DNA of 46,041 nt from Candidatus Iainarchaeum sp. (GTDB lineage Archaea > Iainarchaeota > Iainarchaeia > Iainarchaeales > GW2011-AR10). Of this stretch, positions 8,345 through 16,755 are shown piece by piece. Made by a program: the position numbers and the translations under genes. Numbering within the stretch: the first letter of the stretch is position 1; each line of letters begins with the position of its first letter. Below the pieces are notes generated by a model that saw only the letters and a program-made list of their open reading frames with translations, was not told the origin of the DNA and did no database searches. The stretch covers positions 1 through 46,041 of the forward strand of contig JACQJF010000039.1 of the NCBI GenBank assembly GCA_016198165.1, written 5' to 3'.

Positions 8345-9538
8345 ATGAAAAATTTGCTTTTGTTTTTCCTGGCCGCTCTTGCAGTGCTTTTGGCGGGCTG
8401 TCTTGGGGGGAATATCTCGGGTTCTGCGTTCAGTGCAGACCCGTCTTTTTCAGTTGAAAAAGTGAGGCAGCTCATAAACGACCCCAACGTGCTGGTGACG
8501 GAGAAAACCCTTGGCGGAGCGGCGATTTCCGCAAGCCTTAACGGCGCGGCCGCAGGTTGTGTCGGCTTGCTTCCCGAAAAACAGTATGTCCTGGTAGAGG
8601 CTTCTGCCCCGGCGACGAATTATTCGATTGTGCTTGACGGCGACAAAGTCATGTGCGTCATGCGCAAGGAAAGGCTGGCTGACGAGTGCAGCACTGCCGG
8701 GGACTGTGATGACGGCCTGTCTTCAACGACTGACTCGTGCAGCGGAACGCCAAAAATCTGCCTCAGCCAGAGGACAACTGAGTGCAAAAGCGGGGATTCT
8801 TTTTGCCCCGCTTCCTGCCTGAAAGGCACTGACTCGGATTGCGTGAGGGAATGTTTCGTGGATTCCACGTGCGATGACTCGGACCTGACGACAAAAGATT
8901 ACTGCGGCGGGGCACTGCAGCGCTGTATCCACGAGAAATTGTTTGTGGGGGGCAAGGAAGTGATTGCATGCTCTGCTGACGAGGAGTGCGTTGCGGAAAA
9001 CGTGTGCAGCACGGGGTCATGCGTTGAAGGCCTGTGTGTTTTTGGTGTCAAGCCAAATGGCACGGTGTGTGATTCCTCCAAGGACATGGAGTGCTTTGAC
9101 GGGGAGTGCGTGAAGGCAACTGAAAATCCCATTCGCCTGGTTAAAACAAAACTTGAATGGGTTAATGATGATAGCCCTGCCGGGAAAGTCTTAGTAACTG
9201 CCAATGCAAGCAAGTTAAGTATTTTTGAGGGCAAGTATGGAACGGATTTATCCTTCATGAAATCGGTTTTTGACGTTGAATGTTCAACCGGGGCATGCTT
9301 CAAGAGAACCAGCATTGATCACTCGGTTGAATTCACGGACCTCGTAGTGGCACAAGAATATTATTATACTATTTTTGCATTCGGCTTGTCAGAGTTAACC
9401 GTTTCCAAGACAGAAACTTTGTCGTTTTTTACCTGCCCCGGTCGATGTGATGACTCTGACGAGTGCACTGCCGACTCGTGCGATATTTCAACCGGAAAAT
9501 GTGACTACAAAAAGGATGAACAAAACCCTTCCTGTTGA
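8345..9538 (+). CDS. Cys-rich lipoprotein with CDD-x-x-x-x-T-x-D-x-C repeats and an FN3-like domain
   Basis: Lipobox LLAGC, repeats CDDGLSSTTDSC / CDDSDLTTKDYC / CDDSDECTADSC, and an FN3-like HSVEFTDL..EYYYTI segment. Confidence 0.8.
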   Translation: MKNLLLFFLAALAVLLAGCLGGNISGSAFSADPSFSVEKVRQLINDPNVLVTEKTLGGAAISASLNGAAAGCVGLLPEKQYVLVEASAPATNYSIVLDGDKVMCVMRKERLADECSTAGDCDDGLSSTTDSCSGTPKICLSQRTTECKSGDSFCPASCLKGTDSDCVRECFVDSTCDDSDLTTKDYCGGALQRCIHEKLFVGGKEVIACSADEECVAENVCSTGSCVEGLCVFGVKPNGTVCDSSKDMECFDGECVKATENPIRLVKTKLEWVNDDSPAGKVLVTANASKLSIFEGKYGTDLSFMKSVFDVECSTGACFKRTSIDHSVEFTDLVVAQEYYYTIFAFGLSELTVSKTETLSFFTCPGRCDDSDECTADSCDISTGKCDYKKDEQNPSC

Positions 9539-9637
9539 AGTTTTAAAATGTTTTAAGGCGATTTTTAGCGAAAAAACAATGCCTTCCAATCCCCCGAAAA
9601 TAATATAAATAACAAGAGATATTATTTTGGGCTATAC

Positions 9638-12600
9638 ATGAAGAGATTATTGCTGGTTTTTTCACTGTTTTTATTTTTCGGCCTGACTTCAGTGGCCCAG
9701 AACTCCTGCACTTACGAAAATTACTGGTATTGTTACTCGCAGGGCGAGTGCACGGGCGTTGGGCGCAACTGGTGCAGCACTTATTGTTCCTCAAGCGAGT
9801 GCCCCACTTGTTCTTCCCAAACCCCTTGGAATTGTTATGACCAGCCTTCGTGCACTGGTGCGGGCGGTTACTGGTGCAACAATTATTGCCAGTCTCAAGC
9901 ATGCCAGACTTGTTCATCACAATACCCTTCTTACTGCACTACTGAAGCAACCTGTACTTCTGCAGGCCTTTACTGGTGCAACGGATACTGCCAAAGTTCC
10001 TCGTGTGGCGGTGGAGGAGGTGGTTACTGTGGTGACGGCACGTGTAACAACAGTGAAACTTCCGGTTCGTGCCCTTCAGACTGCGGGGGAAACACATGCA
10101 GGGTAGGCTATTCTGGTTATTGTTACACTCAAGCAGATTGCACAGGCATAGGTGCCAATTGGTGCGGCAGTTGGTGTACAACCGGCAGCTGTCCCACTTG
10201 TTCTTCCCAAATGCCGGGTAATTGCAGCACGCAGTCTACTTGCACGGGGGCAGGCGCCAACTGGTGCCAGGGCGGCTCGGATTATCACTATTGCACTTCG
10301 AGTGTGTGCCCTGTCTGCTCAAGGGAATCTACGGGAAATTGTTATACCGAGGCTCAATGCACCACTGCGGGAGCCAATTGGTGCAGTGCGGGTAATAATG
10401 GCTGGTGCACTACGTCTTCGTGCCCCGTTTGTTCTTCTTCAACCCTGGGAAATTGTTATGACTCTGCCGCGTGCACCAATGCCGGTGCTTACTGGTGCAC
10501 TTCAAGCGGTGGTGGCGGTGGCTGGTGCAATAGTTCCCAGTGCCCGACCTGCAATTCCTCGAACCTGAGTTACTGCAGCACGCAGACTGACTGCACGACC
10601 GCGGGCGGCGCGTGGTGCAACGGGTATTGCTCGTACTCGTGCGGTGGCGGGGGGTACAACTACACATGCAGTTCGAACAACCCAAGCTATTGTTACTCTG
10701 AATCAGAATGCAGCACTGTTGGCGCACAGTGGTGCAAGTCAAGCGGTGGTGGCAGTGGCTGGTGCTCTTTTTCATGCCCTACTTGTTCTTCTTCGTCTGT
10801 CTGGAACTGTTATGATTCTTCTTCATGCAGTGGTGCCGGCGGCAACTGGTGCGGTTCCGGCAACAGTGCCTGGTGCAGCAGTTCTGCCTGTCCCGTTTGT
10901 TCTTCAGGCAACTATTGGAACTGTTATGACCAGGGTTCATGCACTACTGCCGGTGCACAGTGGTGCACGTCTTCTGCTGGCGGCAGTGGCTGGTGTTCAA
11001 ACTCGTGCCCTGTGTGCTCCAAGGATTCGGCGTGGAACTGTTATACCCAGGGCGAGTGCAGCACTGCGGGTGCACAGTGGTGCACAAGCGGTTATGGCTC
11101 CGGTTGGTGCTCGACTTCCTGCCCGGTCTGCTCCTCTTCTTCAACCTACAATTGTTACACTGAATCGGAATGCACTACAGCAGGCGCAGAGTGGTGCGGC
11201 ACTTACTGTTCCTCGTCATGCCCGGTTTGCAACAAGGAGCAGCCCTGGAGCTGTTACAACAAGGACGCCTGCACGGGAGCGGGGGCGCAGTGGTGCGGCA
11301 CTTATTGTTCATCCAGCTGCCCGACTTGTGCAAACTCCCAGTTGTGGAATTGCTATGACGAGTCCTCGTGCACTGGTGCAAGCGGGAGCTGGTGCGAGTC
11401 ACAAAGCATGTCCAGTTATTCTTATTCTTCGGGTTGGTGTTCATCTTCCTGCCCGACCTGCTCTTCTTCAAGCGCGTGGAATTGTTATGACGAGTCCTCG
11501 TGCACTGGTGCGAGCGGCAACTGGTGCAAGTCAGGCGGCGGCTATGGCTGGTGCTCGACTTCCTCGTGCCCTGTCTGCAGCAAGGACCAGACGTGGAGCT
11601 GCTACACCAAGTCAGACTGTACGACTGCGGGGGCCAATTGGTGCGGTTCGGAGGCAAGCGGGTGGTGCTCGACTTCCCAGTGCCCGACATGTTCTTCAAG
11701 CAATTACTGGAACTGTTATGATGACTCCTCCTGTACAAGTGCGGGTGCGAAGTGGTGCCAGACAAGCAGCGGCTCTGGGGTTTCTGGCGGCAGTTCGGGT
11801 TATTGTTCTTCAAACTGCCCCACGTGTTCTTCTTCCAGCACGTGGAATTGTTTTTCCGAGTCAACCTGCAAGGCGGCTTCCGCCAATTGGTGCACGGGCA
11901 AAGGCGGTTACGGGTGGTGCTCCACCTATAACTGCCCGTCATGCGGCAAGTCAAGCCCCGGCAACTGCTCCACGCAGGGCCAGTGCACGGGCGCGGGCCT
12001 TGAATGGTGCGATTCAGGCAGCGGTTCGGGCTGGTGCAGCACGTCCTGCCCCAAGTGCTCTTTGGAGAAACCGGGCAATTGCCTTAACCAGTCAAGCTGC
12101 ACAAGCGCGGGTGCAGAGTGGTGCGGCTCGTATTGTGTCGCGGACTCGTGCCCGTCATGTGACCTTTCAAGCCCCTGGAACTGCGTGACCGAGAGCACGT
12201 GCGCCGGCGCGGGGGGAAAATGGTGCTCTGACGCAAGCGGTGAAGGCTCTTTTTGCGGAACTTCCTGCAAAGTGTGCGAGGTTTCAAACCTCGCCAACTG
12301 CCTCTCAGAAGACTCGTGCGTGAATGTCGGGGGCAATTGGTGCGGTTCCTGGTGCAGTGACACTGCATGCCCATTGTGCGACCCGGATAAGCCCGAGAGC
12401 TGCCAGACAAAAGTCGACTGCGAAGCGGTTGGCGCCAAGTGGTGTGCGTCAAAAGACGGGGCTTTTTACTGCAGTGAAACCTGCCCAGTGTGCAATGAAA
12501 GCGAGTTGTACAATTGCTCTGACCAGGCTACCTGCAACAGCGTTGGCGGAGATTGGTGCGGTTCATATTGTTCAACAGAATGCCAGGTGTGCTCTGACGA

Positions 12601-15301
12601 GTCCCCGTGGAGCTGCCTCTCGCAGGGAGATTGTGATGCCTCCGGCGGCGAGTGGTGCGGAAGCCAGGCAGAGGGCTGGTGTTCCGAGTCATGCACGGAA
12701 TGCACCGCCGATGACTTTGCAAGCTGTGCCACCCAGTCAGAGTGCCTTGAAAGCACTGGCCAGTGGTGCGTTGACCCGGCAACAGGGACAAGTTATTGCG
12801 CAGCTTCATGCGGTGCATGTTCAATTGAAACCCCGTGGAACTGCCTTGGCTCCGCCGACTGCGGGGCGACAGGCGGGACCTGGTGCGGTTCTTATTGCTC
12901 GGCAGGTTCCTGCAGTGAATGCAAACAAGACCACCCGTGGAACTGCGCAAGCTTTAGTTCATGCGAGGAAATAGGCGCGAATTGGTGCCTGCCACAGGGA
13001 AGCGGGTATGGCTACTGCTCCGGCGAAGAATGCTCCAAGTGTTCCACTCAAACGCCATGGCTTTGCCTTGACGAGACAAGCTGTGTTGAAAACAGCGCCA
13101 ATTGGTGCGGAACCTACTGTTCAACCGGTTCCTGCCCTGTGTGTGACCAGCAAACACTTTCCAATTGCTTTACCAAGGAATCCTGCCAGGAAACGGGCGG
13201 CGATTGGTGCGTTTCAGCCACCGCAAACAACGGCTGGTGCTCGAATTCCTGCCCTGTGTGCGACAAGGATTCCCCGTGGAACTGTTACTCTGAACAGGAG
13301 TGCCTCGGGGCAAACGCGCAATGGTGCGCAAGCAGCGGCAGTTCAAGCGCCCAAAACACTTCTTATTACGCCGGTTCCTCCTATTGTTCCAATTCTTGCC
13401 CGACCTGTTCAACCGAAACCGCTTGGAATTGCGGCGACAAGGACTCGTGCCTCTCAAACGGCGGCAACTGGTGCGGGAATTACTGCTCCACTTCTTCGTG
13501 CCCGATTTGTTCTCCCGACTCGCAGTGGTACTGTTACACGGAGCAGGCCTGCCAAACGGCAGGCGGCAATTGGTGCAACTCGCACTGCTCCTCAAGCACA
13601 TGCCCGGTTTGCACAGGCGAAGACCCGTGGAGTTGTTACAGCCAGGAATCCTGCACAGAAGCAGGAGCCCAGTGGTGCGGAACCTATTGTTCTACAAACT
13701 GCCCTTCGTGCAGCAATGATTCCTCGTGGAATTGCTCCACGAAAGAAACCTGCCTTGGCGTCGGCGCCAATTGGTGCGCCACTTATTGTTCCACCCAGGC
13801 GTGCCCCCAGTGCACAGGCGAAAACCCCTGGGCATGCACGGACGAAGAAACCTGCGGTGGTGTGAGTGGCAATTGGTGCCAACCCACTTGGGAGGGAGGG
13901 AAAGGATGGTGCACGGATTACTCGTGCCCCGCTCCGCAATTGTACGCGGTGTGCGGTGACGCGGCATGTGAAAGCGGCCTTGGCGAAAACAGCCTTAACT
14001 GCTCCAGGGATTGTGAAGCACAGCCGCCAGTGACTGCTTCCCTTGACTGCCGTGACGTGCTTGACGAGGCAACAGGCTTCACCAGGACAGAGTGCACAGG
14101 CGGGCCAGTTGAAGAGCACGTGTGCTTTGAAGAACCCCAAGGAGTGCTTGATACTTGTTTGTCTGTAGGTGGAATACCGGAAAACCTGGTTGACGAGTTC
14201 GGCTGCCCACTCACAAACTGCGTCCTGCCTGGTGCGACAGAGGAGATTTTCCTTGAAAAAGAATGCCTGCCACAAGAACAGGTAGACTTGTTTGTTTCCG
14301 AGTGTGAAAAAAACGGGTTAAAACCGGTGGTTGAGGCGGGCATTGACGGGTGCTTTGAACCGCGCTGTGAAGGGCATGAAGAGACGCTCACAGAGTCATG
14401 CAGGCAATACACGCCGGAAGAAATAAGCGAGGCGGAAAACAATTGCGCAGTGCAGTTAGGTGCCCTGGATTACAGGTTTAACGAGAACGGCTGCAAGGAA
14501 CCTATGTGTGTCACGCTTAACGAGAACCTGTGCTACCAGGTTCCAGAGGGGGCAAAGAAGCTCTGTGCGGCAGACGGCGGGGAAATGGTTGAAGTAAGGG
14601 ACGAGGCAGGGTGTGTGACTTACTCATACTGCCTGGGCAGTGCAGGCAGTGACTTTGAATTCGAGCCTGTGAAACAACTGCCCTCGCGCGAAGAAATAGA
14701 CGCAGTGATTGACGAGCTTGCAGGGCTCCAGGCGGCAATAGAAGTAGTCGCGGAAAAACTCGGCACCCTGAAGACATTTTTCGAATCCGCGTCAGACACC
14801 ACTAACATGCACAAGGTTGAAGTCGCAAAATCAATGCTTGAAGGCTCTGCGGAATCCCTCCGGGAAATGAGGGAGTTTTTGTTCCAGAATTCCTCATCCG
14901 TCACGGTTGAAGAACTCTCGGGATTCAGGGCGGAACTTGGGAACATAAGCAAGTCGCTTGAAAAAGCCCTCGGAGTCCTACTCGGGGCATTTGGCACTGG
15001 CACTGCGGAGGAAAACAATTGCGGCTCGAACATGGATTGCCTCCAGGATAACTTGTCGACCTGCACGCCATCAACCGCGACCCTGTTTGACACTGGAGTA
15101 ACTTTCAACGTTTCAATCGAAGGCATTGAAGGGCAAAGATGCTCCATGAACGTTGACGCGGTTGTGGATAACGAGCCATTGTCAATGGCCTGCAGGTATG
15201 CCGGGTATGCCAACGGCGCCCTGGGCGGAGAGGACACGGAAGGCTTTTTGGATTCATGTGAAGGCACTCTTTTGGAGTACATGCTCTTGAAGGTAGAGTG
15301 A
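9638..15301 (+). CDS. Giant secreted Cys-rich repeat protein (1887 aa, about 37 six-Cys repeats)
   Basis: Signal peptide followed by repeat C-P-x-C-x7-C-x5-C-x6-W-C-x(var)-[WY]-C. The C-terminus has different Cys repeats, a helical bundle and a small Cys domain. Confidence 0.92.
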   Translation: MKRLLLVFSLFLFFGLTSVAQNSCTYENYWYCYSQGECTGVGRNWCSTYCSSSECPTCSSQTPWNCYDQPSCTGAGGYWCNNYCQSQACQTCSSQYPSYCTTEATCTSAGLYWCNGYCQSSSCGGGGGGYCGDGTCNNSETSGSCPSDCGGNTCRVGYSGYCYTQADCTGIGANWCGSWCTTGSCPTCSSQMPGNCSTQSTCTGAGANWCQGGSDYHYCTSSVCPVCSRESTGNCYTEAQCTTAGANWCSAGNNGWCTTSSCPVCSSSTLGNCYDSAACTNAGAYWCTSSGGGGGWCNSSQCPTCNSSNLSYCSTQTDCTTAGGAWCNGYCSYSCGGGGYNYTCSSNNPSYCYSESECSTVGAQWCKSSGGGSGWCSFSCPTCSSSSVWNCYDSSSCSGAGGNWCGSGNSAWCSSSACPVCSSGNYWNCYDQGSCTTAGAQWCTSSAGGSGWCSNSCPVCSKDSAWNCYTQGECSTAGAQWCTSGYGSGWCSTSCPVCSSSSTYNCYTESECTTAGAEWCGTYCSSSCPVCNKEQPWSCYNKDACTGAGAQWCGTYCSSSCPTCANSQLWNCYDESSCTGASGSWCESQSMSSYSYSSGWCSSSCPTCSSSSAWNCYDESSCTGASGNWCKSGGGYGWCSTSSCPVCSKDQTWSCYTKSDCTTAGANWCGSEASGWCSTSQCPTCSSSNYWNCYDDSSCTSAGAKWCQTSSGSGVSGGSSGYCSSNCPTCSSSSTWNCFSESTCKAASANWCTGKGGYGWCSTYNCPSCGKSSPGNCSTQGQCTGAGLEWCDSGSGSGWCSTSCPKCSLEKPGNCLNQSSCTSAGAEWCGSYCVADSCPSCDLSSPWNCVTESTCAGAGGKWCSDASGEGSFCGTSCKVCEVSNLANCLSEDSCVNVGGNWCGSWCSDTACPLCDPDKPESCQTKVDCEAVGAKWCASKDGAFYCSETCPVCNESELYNCSDQATCNSVGGDWCGSYCSTECQVCSDESPWSCLSQGDCDASGGEWCGSQAEGWCSESCTECTADDFASCATQSECLESTGQWCVDPATGTSYCAASCGACSIETPWNCLGSADCGATGGTWCGSYCSAGSCSECKQDHPWNCASFSSCEEIGANWCLPQGSGYGYCSGEECSKCSTQTPWLCLDETSCVENSANWCGTYCSTGSCPVCDQQTLSNCFTKESCQETGGDWCVSATANNGWCSNSCPVCDKDSPWNCYSEQECLGANAQWCASSGSSSAQNTSYYAGSSYCSNSCPTCSTETAWNCGDKDSCLSNGGNWCGNYCSTSSCPICSPDSQWYCYTEQACQTAGGNWCNSHCSSSTCPVCTGEDPWSCYSQESCTEAGAQWCGTYCSTNCPSCSNDSSWNCSTKETCLGVGANWCATYCSTQACPQCTGENPWACTDEETCGGVSGNWCQPTWEGGKGWCTDYSCPAPQLYAVCGDAACESGLGENSLNCSRDCEAQPPVTASLDCRDVLDEATGFTRTECTGGPVEEHVCFEEPQGVLDTCLSVGGIPENLVDEFGCPLTNCVLPGATEEIFLEKECLPQEQVDLFVSECEKNGLKPVVEAGIDGCFEPRCEGHEETLTESCRQYTPEEISEAENNCAVQLGALDYRFNENGCKEPMCVTLNENLCYQVPEGAKKLCAADGGEMVEVRDEAGCVTYSYCLGSAGSDFEFEPVKQLPSREEIDAVIDELAGLQAAIEVVAEKLGTLKTFFESASDTTNMHKVEVAKSMLEGSAESLREMREFLFQNSSSVTVEELSGFRAELGNISKSLEKALGVLLGAFGTGTAEENNCGSNMDCLQDNLSTCTPSTATLFDTGVTFNVSIEGIEGQRCSMNVDAVVDNEPLSMACRYAGYANGALGGEDTEGFLDSCEGTLLEYMLLKVE

Positions 15302-15708
15302 AAAAAATGCGCCAGGTTGAATTGTTTGGCAGGAAAGTCGACGCGATTGTCATAATAGCAGTAGTCACGATAATCGCGGGCCTCGCTTTTTATGCTTACA
15401 CCGGCTTGTCCCCAAAGCAGGGAAAACCGTCAGGGGAGCTTGAGCAGCAGATAGCGGAGAGGATAAAAGCCGGGATTTCCGTGGACTCAAAGGAGGACGC
15501 GCGCGACTCGATTGCCTCAATCAGCCAGGAGCTGGAAAACCTCCGCGGAGCGGTCTCAAAAGCAAACAATGGCCTTGAAGGAAAACCATCGACCGGCCCC
15601 ACGGGCCTCGTGTTCTTTGCGCAAGTCGCGATAACCCTGGCAATCCTTGCCTCGCTTGCCGCACTCCTATTCCACTTCGCAGTCACGCGCGGAAAAAACC
15701 TCAAATAA
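15298..15708 (+). CDS. Membrane protein (TM - coiled coil - TG motif - TM), coupled to the giant protein
   Basis: GTGA overlap with the upstream stop, two hydrophobic helices, PTGLVFF segment. Confidence 0.75.
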   Translation: MKKMRQVELFGRKVDAIVIIAVVTIIAGLAFYAYTGLSPKQGKPSGELEQQIAERIKAGISVDSKEDARDSIASISQELENLRGAVSKANNGLEGKPSTGPTGLVFFAQVAITLAILASLAALLFHFAVTRGKNLK

Positions 15709-15709
15709 G
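15670..15709 (+). repeat. 40-bp direct repeat, copy A (3' end of CDS 15298-15708)
   Basis: TTCCACTTCGCAGTCACGCGCGGAAAAAACCTCAAATAAG, 39/40 identical to 16681-16720. Confidence 0.9.
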
Positions 15710-15745
15710 TTTTTATATTTGGCCCAATAACAAACCGCCAGTATC

Positions 15746-15842
15746 TATAGCAAACTGCTTATATTTTTGAACATTTTTGGTGCAGTTTGCTATTTATGCA
15801 AAGAGCAATTATAAAGTTCAAATATTTATGCTCTTTGCTATA
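15746..15842. repeat. Twin-hairpin dispersed element, copy 2
   Basis: Reverse complement of 4155-4250 with one extra base. Confidence 0.9.
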
Positions 15843-15863
15843 TGTCTACCCTTATTTTCACTT

Positions 15864-16250
15864 TTATGCAATAGCTTTTATTTCCGCCAGTTTCTTAGGC
15901 TTTAGATTTACGAGCGGCAGTATGAGAATCTCTTTTGTAACTTTTGGTAGAATGTTTTTTCCTTTCTTTTCCAGTTCAATTATGCGGAATTTTTCCAATA
16001 GTTTCAAATCCCTTAAAACAGCGCTAAGCTGTCTGCCAGTCAGCTCACTTAGTTTTGTGGCATTTTTTGGTTTTTTGGCCTGGATCAGCCTCACCAGTTC
16101 CAGTCTTTTCTTTGTGAAAACTCGTGTTATCTCATCATCAGACAGGCTAAGCAAAATGCCCTCATCCGGGTACTTGCCCGGGTTTTTGAATACCCTGTCA
16201 AGGTAGTGTTTTACTGAATTCCATCTTTCATCAGTCATTTTATACGCCAT
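15864..16250 (-). CDS. HTH antitoxin-like protein (HVO_A0114 family-like)
   Basis: VFTKKRLELVRLI..KPKNATKLSELTGRQLSAVLRDLKLLE matches this archaeal HTH family. Confidence 0.75.
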   Translation of the reverse strand: MAYKMTDERWNSVKHYLDRVFKNPGKYPDEGILLSLSDDEITRVFTKKRLELVRLIQAKKPKNATKLSELTGRQLSAVLRDLKLLEKFRIIELEKKGKNILPKVTKEILILPLVNLKPKKLAEIKAIA

Positions 16251-16256
16251 TTTTTT

Positions 16257-16586
16257 TCACCTCAGCTTCATTCTATCTAAATAATATTTTTTGTATCTTT
16301 CAAAGTTTTCTTTTATTTGATCCAAATAAAAATTGAAAATGTCATTCAAGTCCTTTCCCATGGCCGGAATAGGGATTGGCTCTGGCGTAATCCAATATCT
16401 TTGTTCATGCAAAAACCCATGTGCAGTGTCAACCCTGTAAACCTCGTAAAAACTTTCCTCTATTTTTGTCCTGTAATTCAGCGCAAACGCTTCCACTATA
16501 TTGTTTTCAATTTTGAGTTTTACGTCGAGGAAATCCATTGAAGTCAAGGGGATTGTAAACTTTTTCCACTTTATCACGACAACCAC
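16257..16586 (-). CDS. Putative toxin (DUF6516/DUF7718, TumE-like)
   Basis: The VYRVDTAHGFLHEQ (R-x-D-x-x-H-G-x-x-H) motif, directly upstream of the HTH partner. Confidence 0.65.
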   Translation of the reverse strand: MVVVIKWKKFTIPLTSMDFLDVKLKIENNIVEAFALNYRTKIEESFYEVYRVDTAHGFLHEQRYWITPEPIPIPAMGKDLNDIFNFYLDQIKENFERYKKYYLDRMKLR

Positions 16587-16595
16587 GCATATTAA

Positions 16596-16612
16596 TATAC
16601 ATTAAATGTATA
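16596..16612. promoter_or_regulatory. Palindromic operator TATACATT-A-AATGTATA upstream of the TA pair
   Basis: Perfect 8-bp arms just upstream of the toxin start. Confidence 0.5.
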
Positions 16613-16680
16613 GTATTGTTTTTAAACAGTTCTGTAATTTAGGGGTTGTTTAAAAAATTGTCTCCATTGCAGCGCTTTTG

Positions 16681-16720
16681 TTCCACTTTGCAGTCACGCG
16701 CGGAAAAAACCTCAAATAAG
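16681..16720 (+). repeat. 40-bp direct repeat, copy B (orphan 3' end of CDS 15298-15708)
   Basis: Encodes the same ...FHFAVTRGKNLK* tail. Protein-level similarity extends upstream (SIAALL vs SLAALL). Confidence 0.9.
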
Positions 16721-16755
16721 CTTATATACCAGTTTAACCGTTTTTTTTTTTTTGC

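Noticed and set aside
9700..13930. Possible CRISPR array or DGR suggested by recurring TGGTGC / GGAACTGTTA units
   Set aside because: The units are degenerate in-frame coding repeats. There is no constant repeat-spacer structure, no cas or reverse transcriptase gene, and no adenine-specific TR/VR pair was seen.
9759..14777. Many long alternative-frame ORFs (e.g. 10644-12188, 514 aa) inside the giant gene
   Set aside because: They are shadows of the repetitive TGC/TGG/GGC codon pattern and have low-complexity Ala/Arg/Val composition with no motifs.
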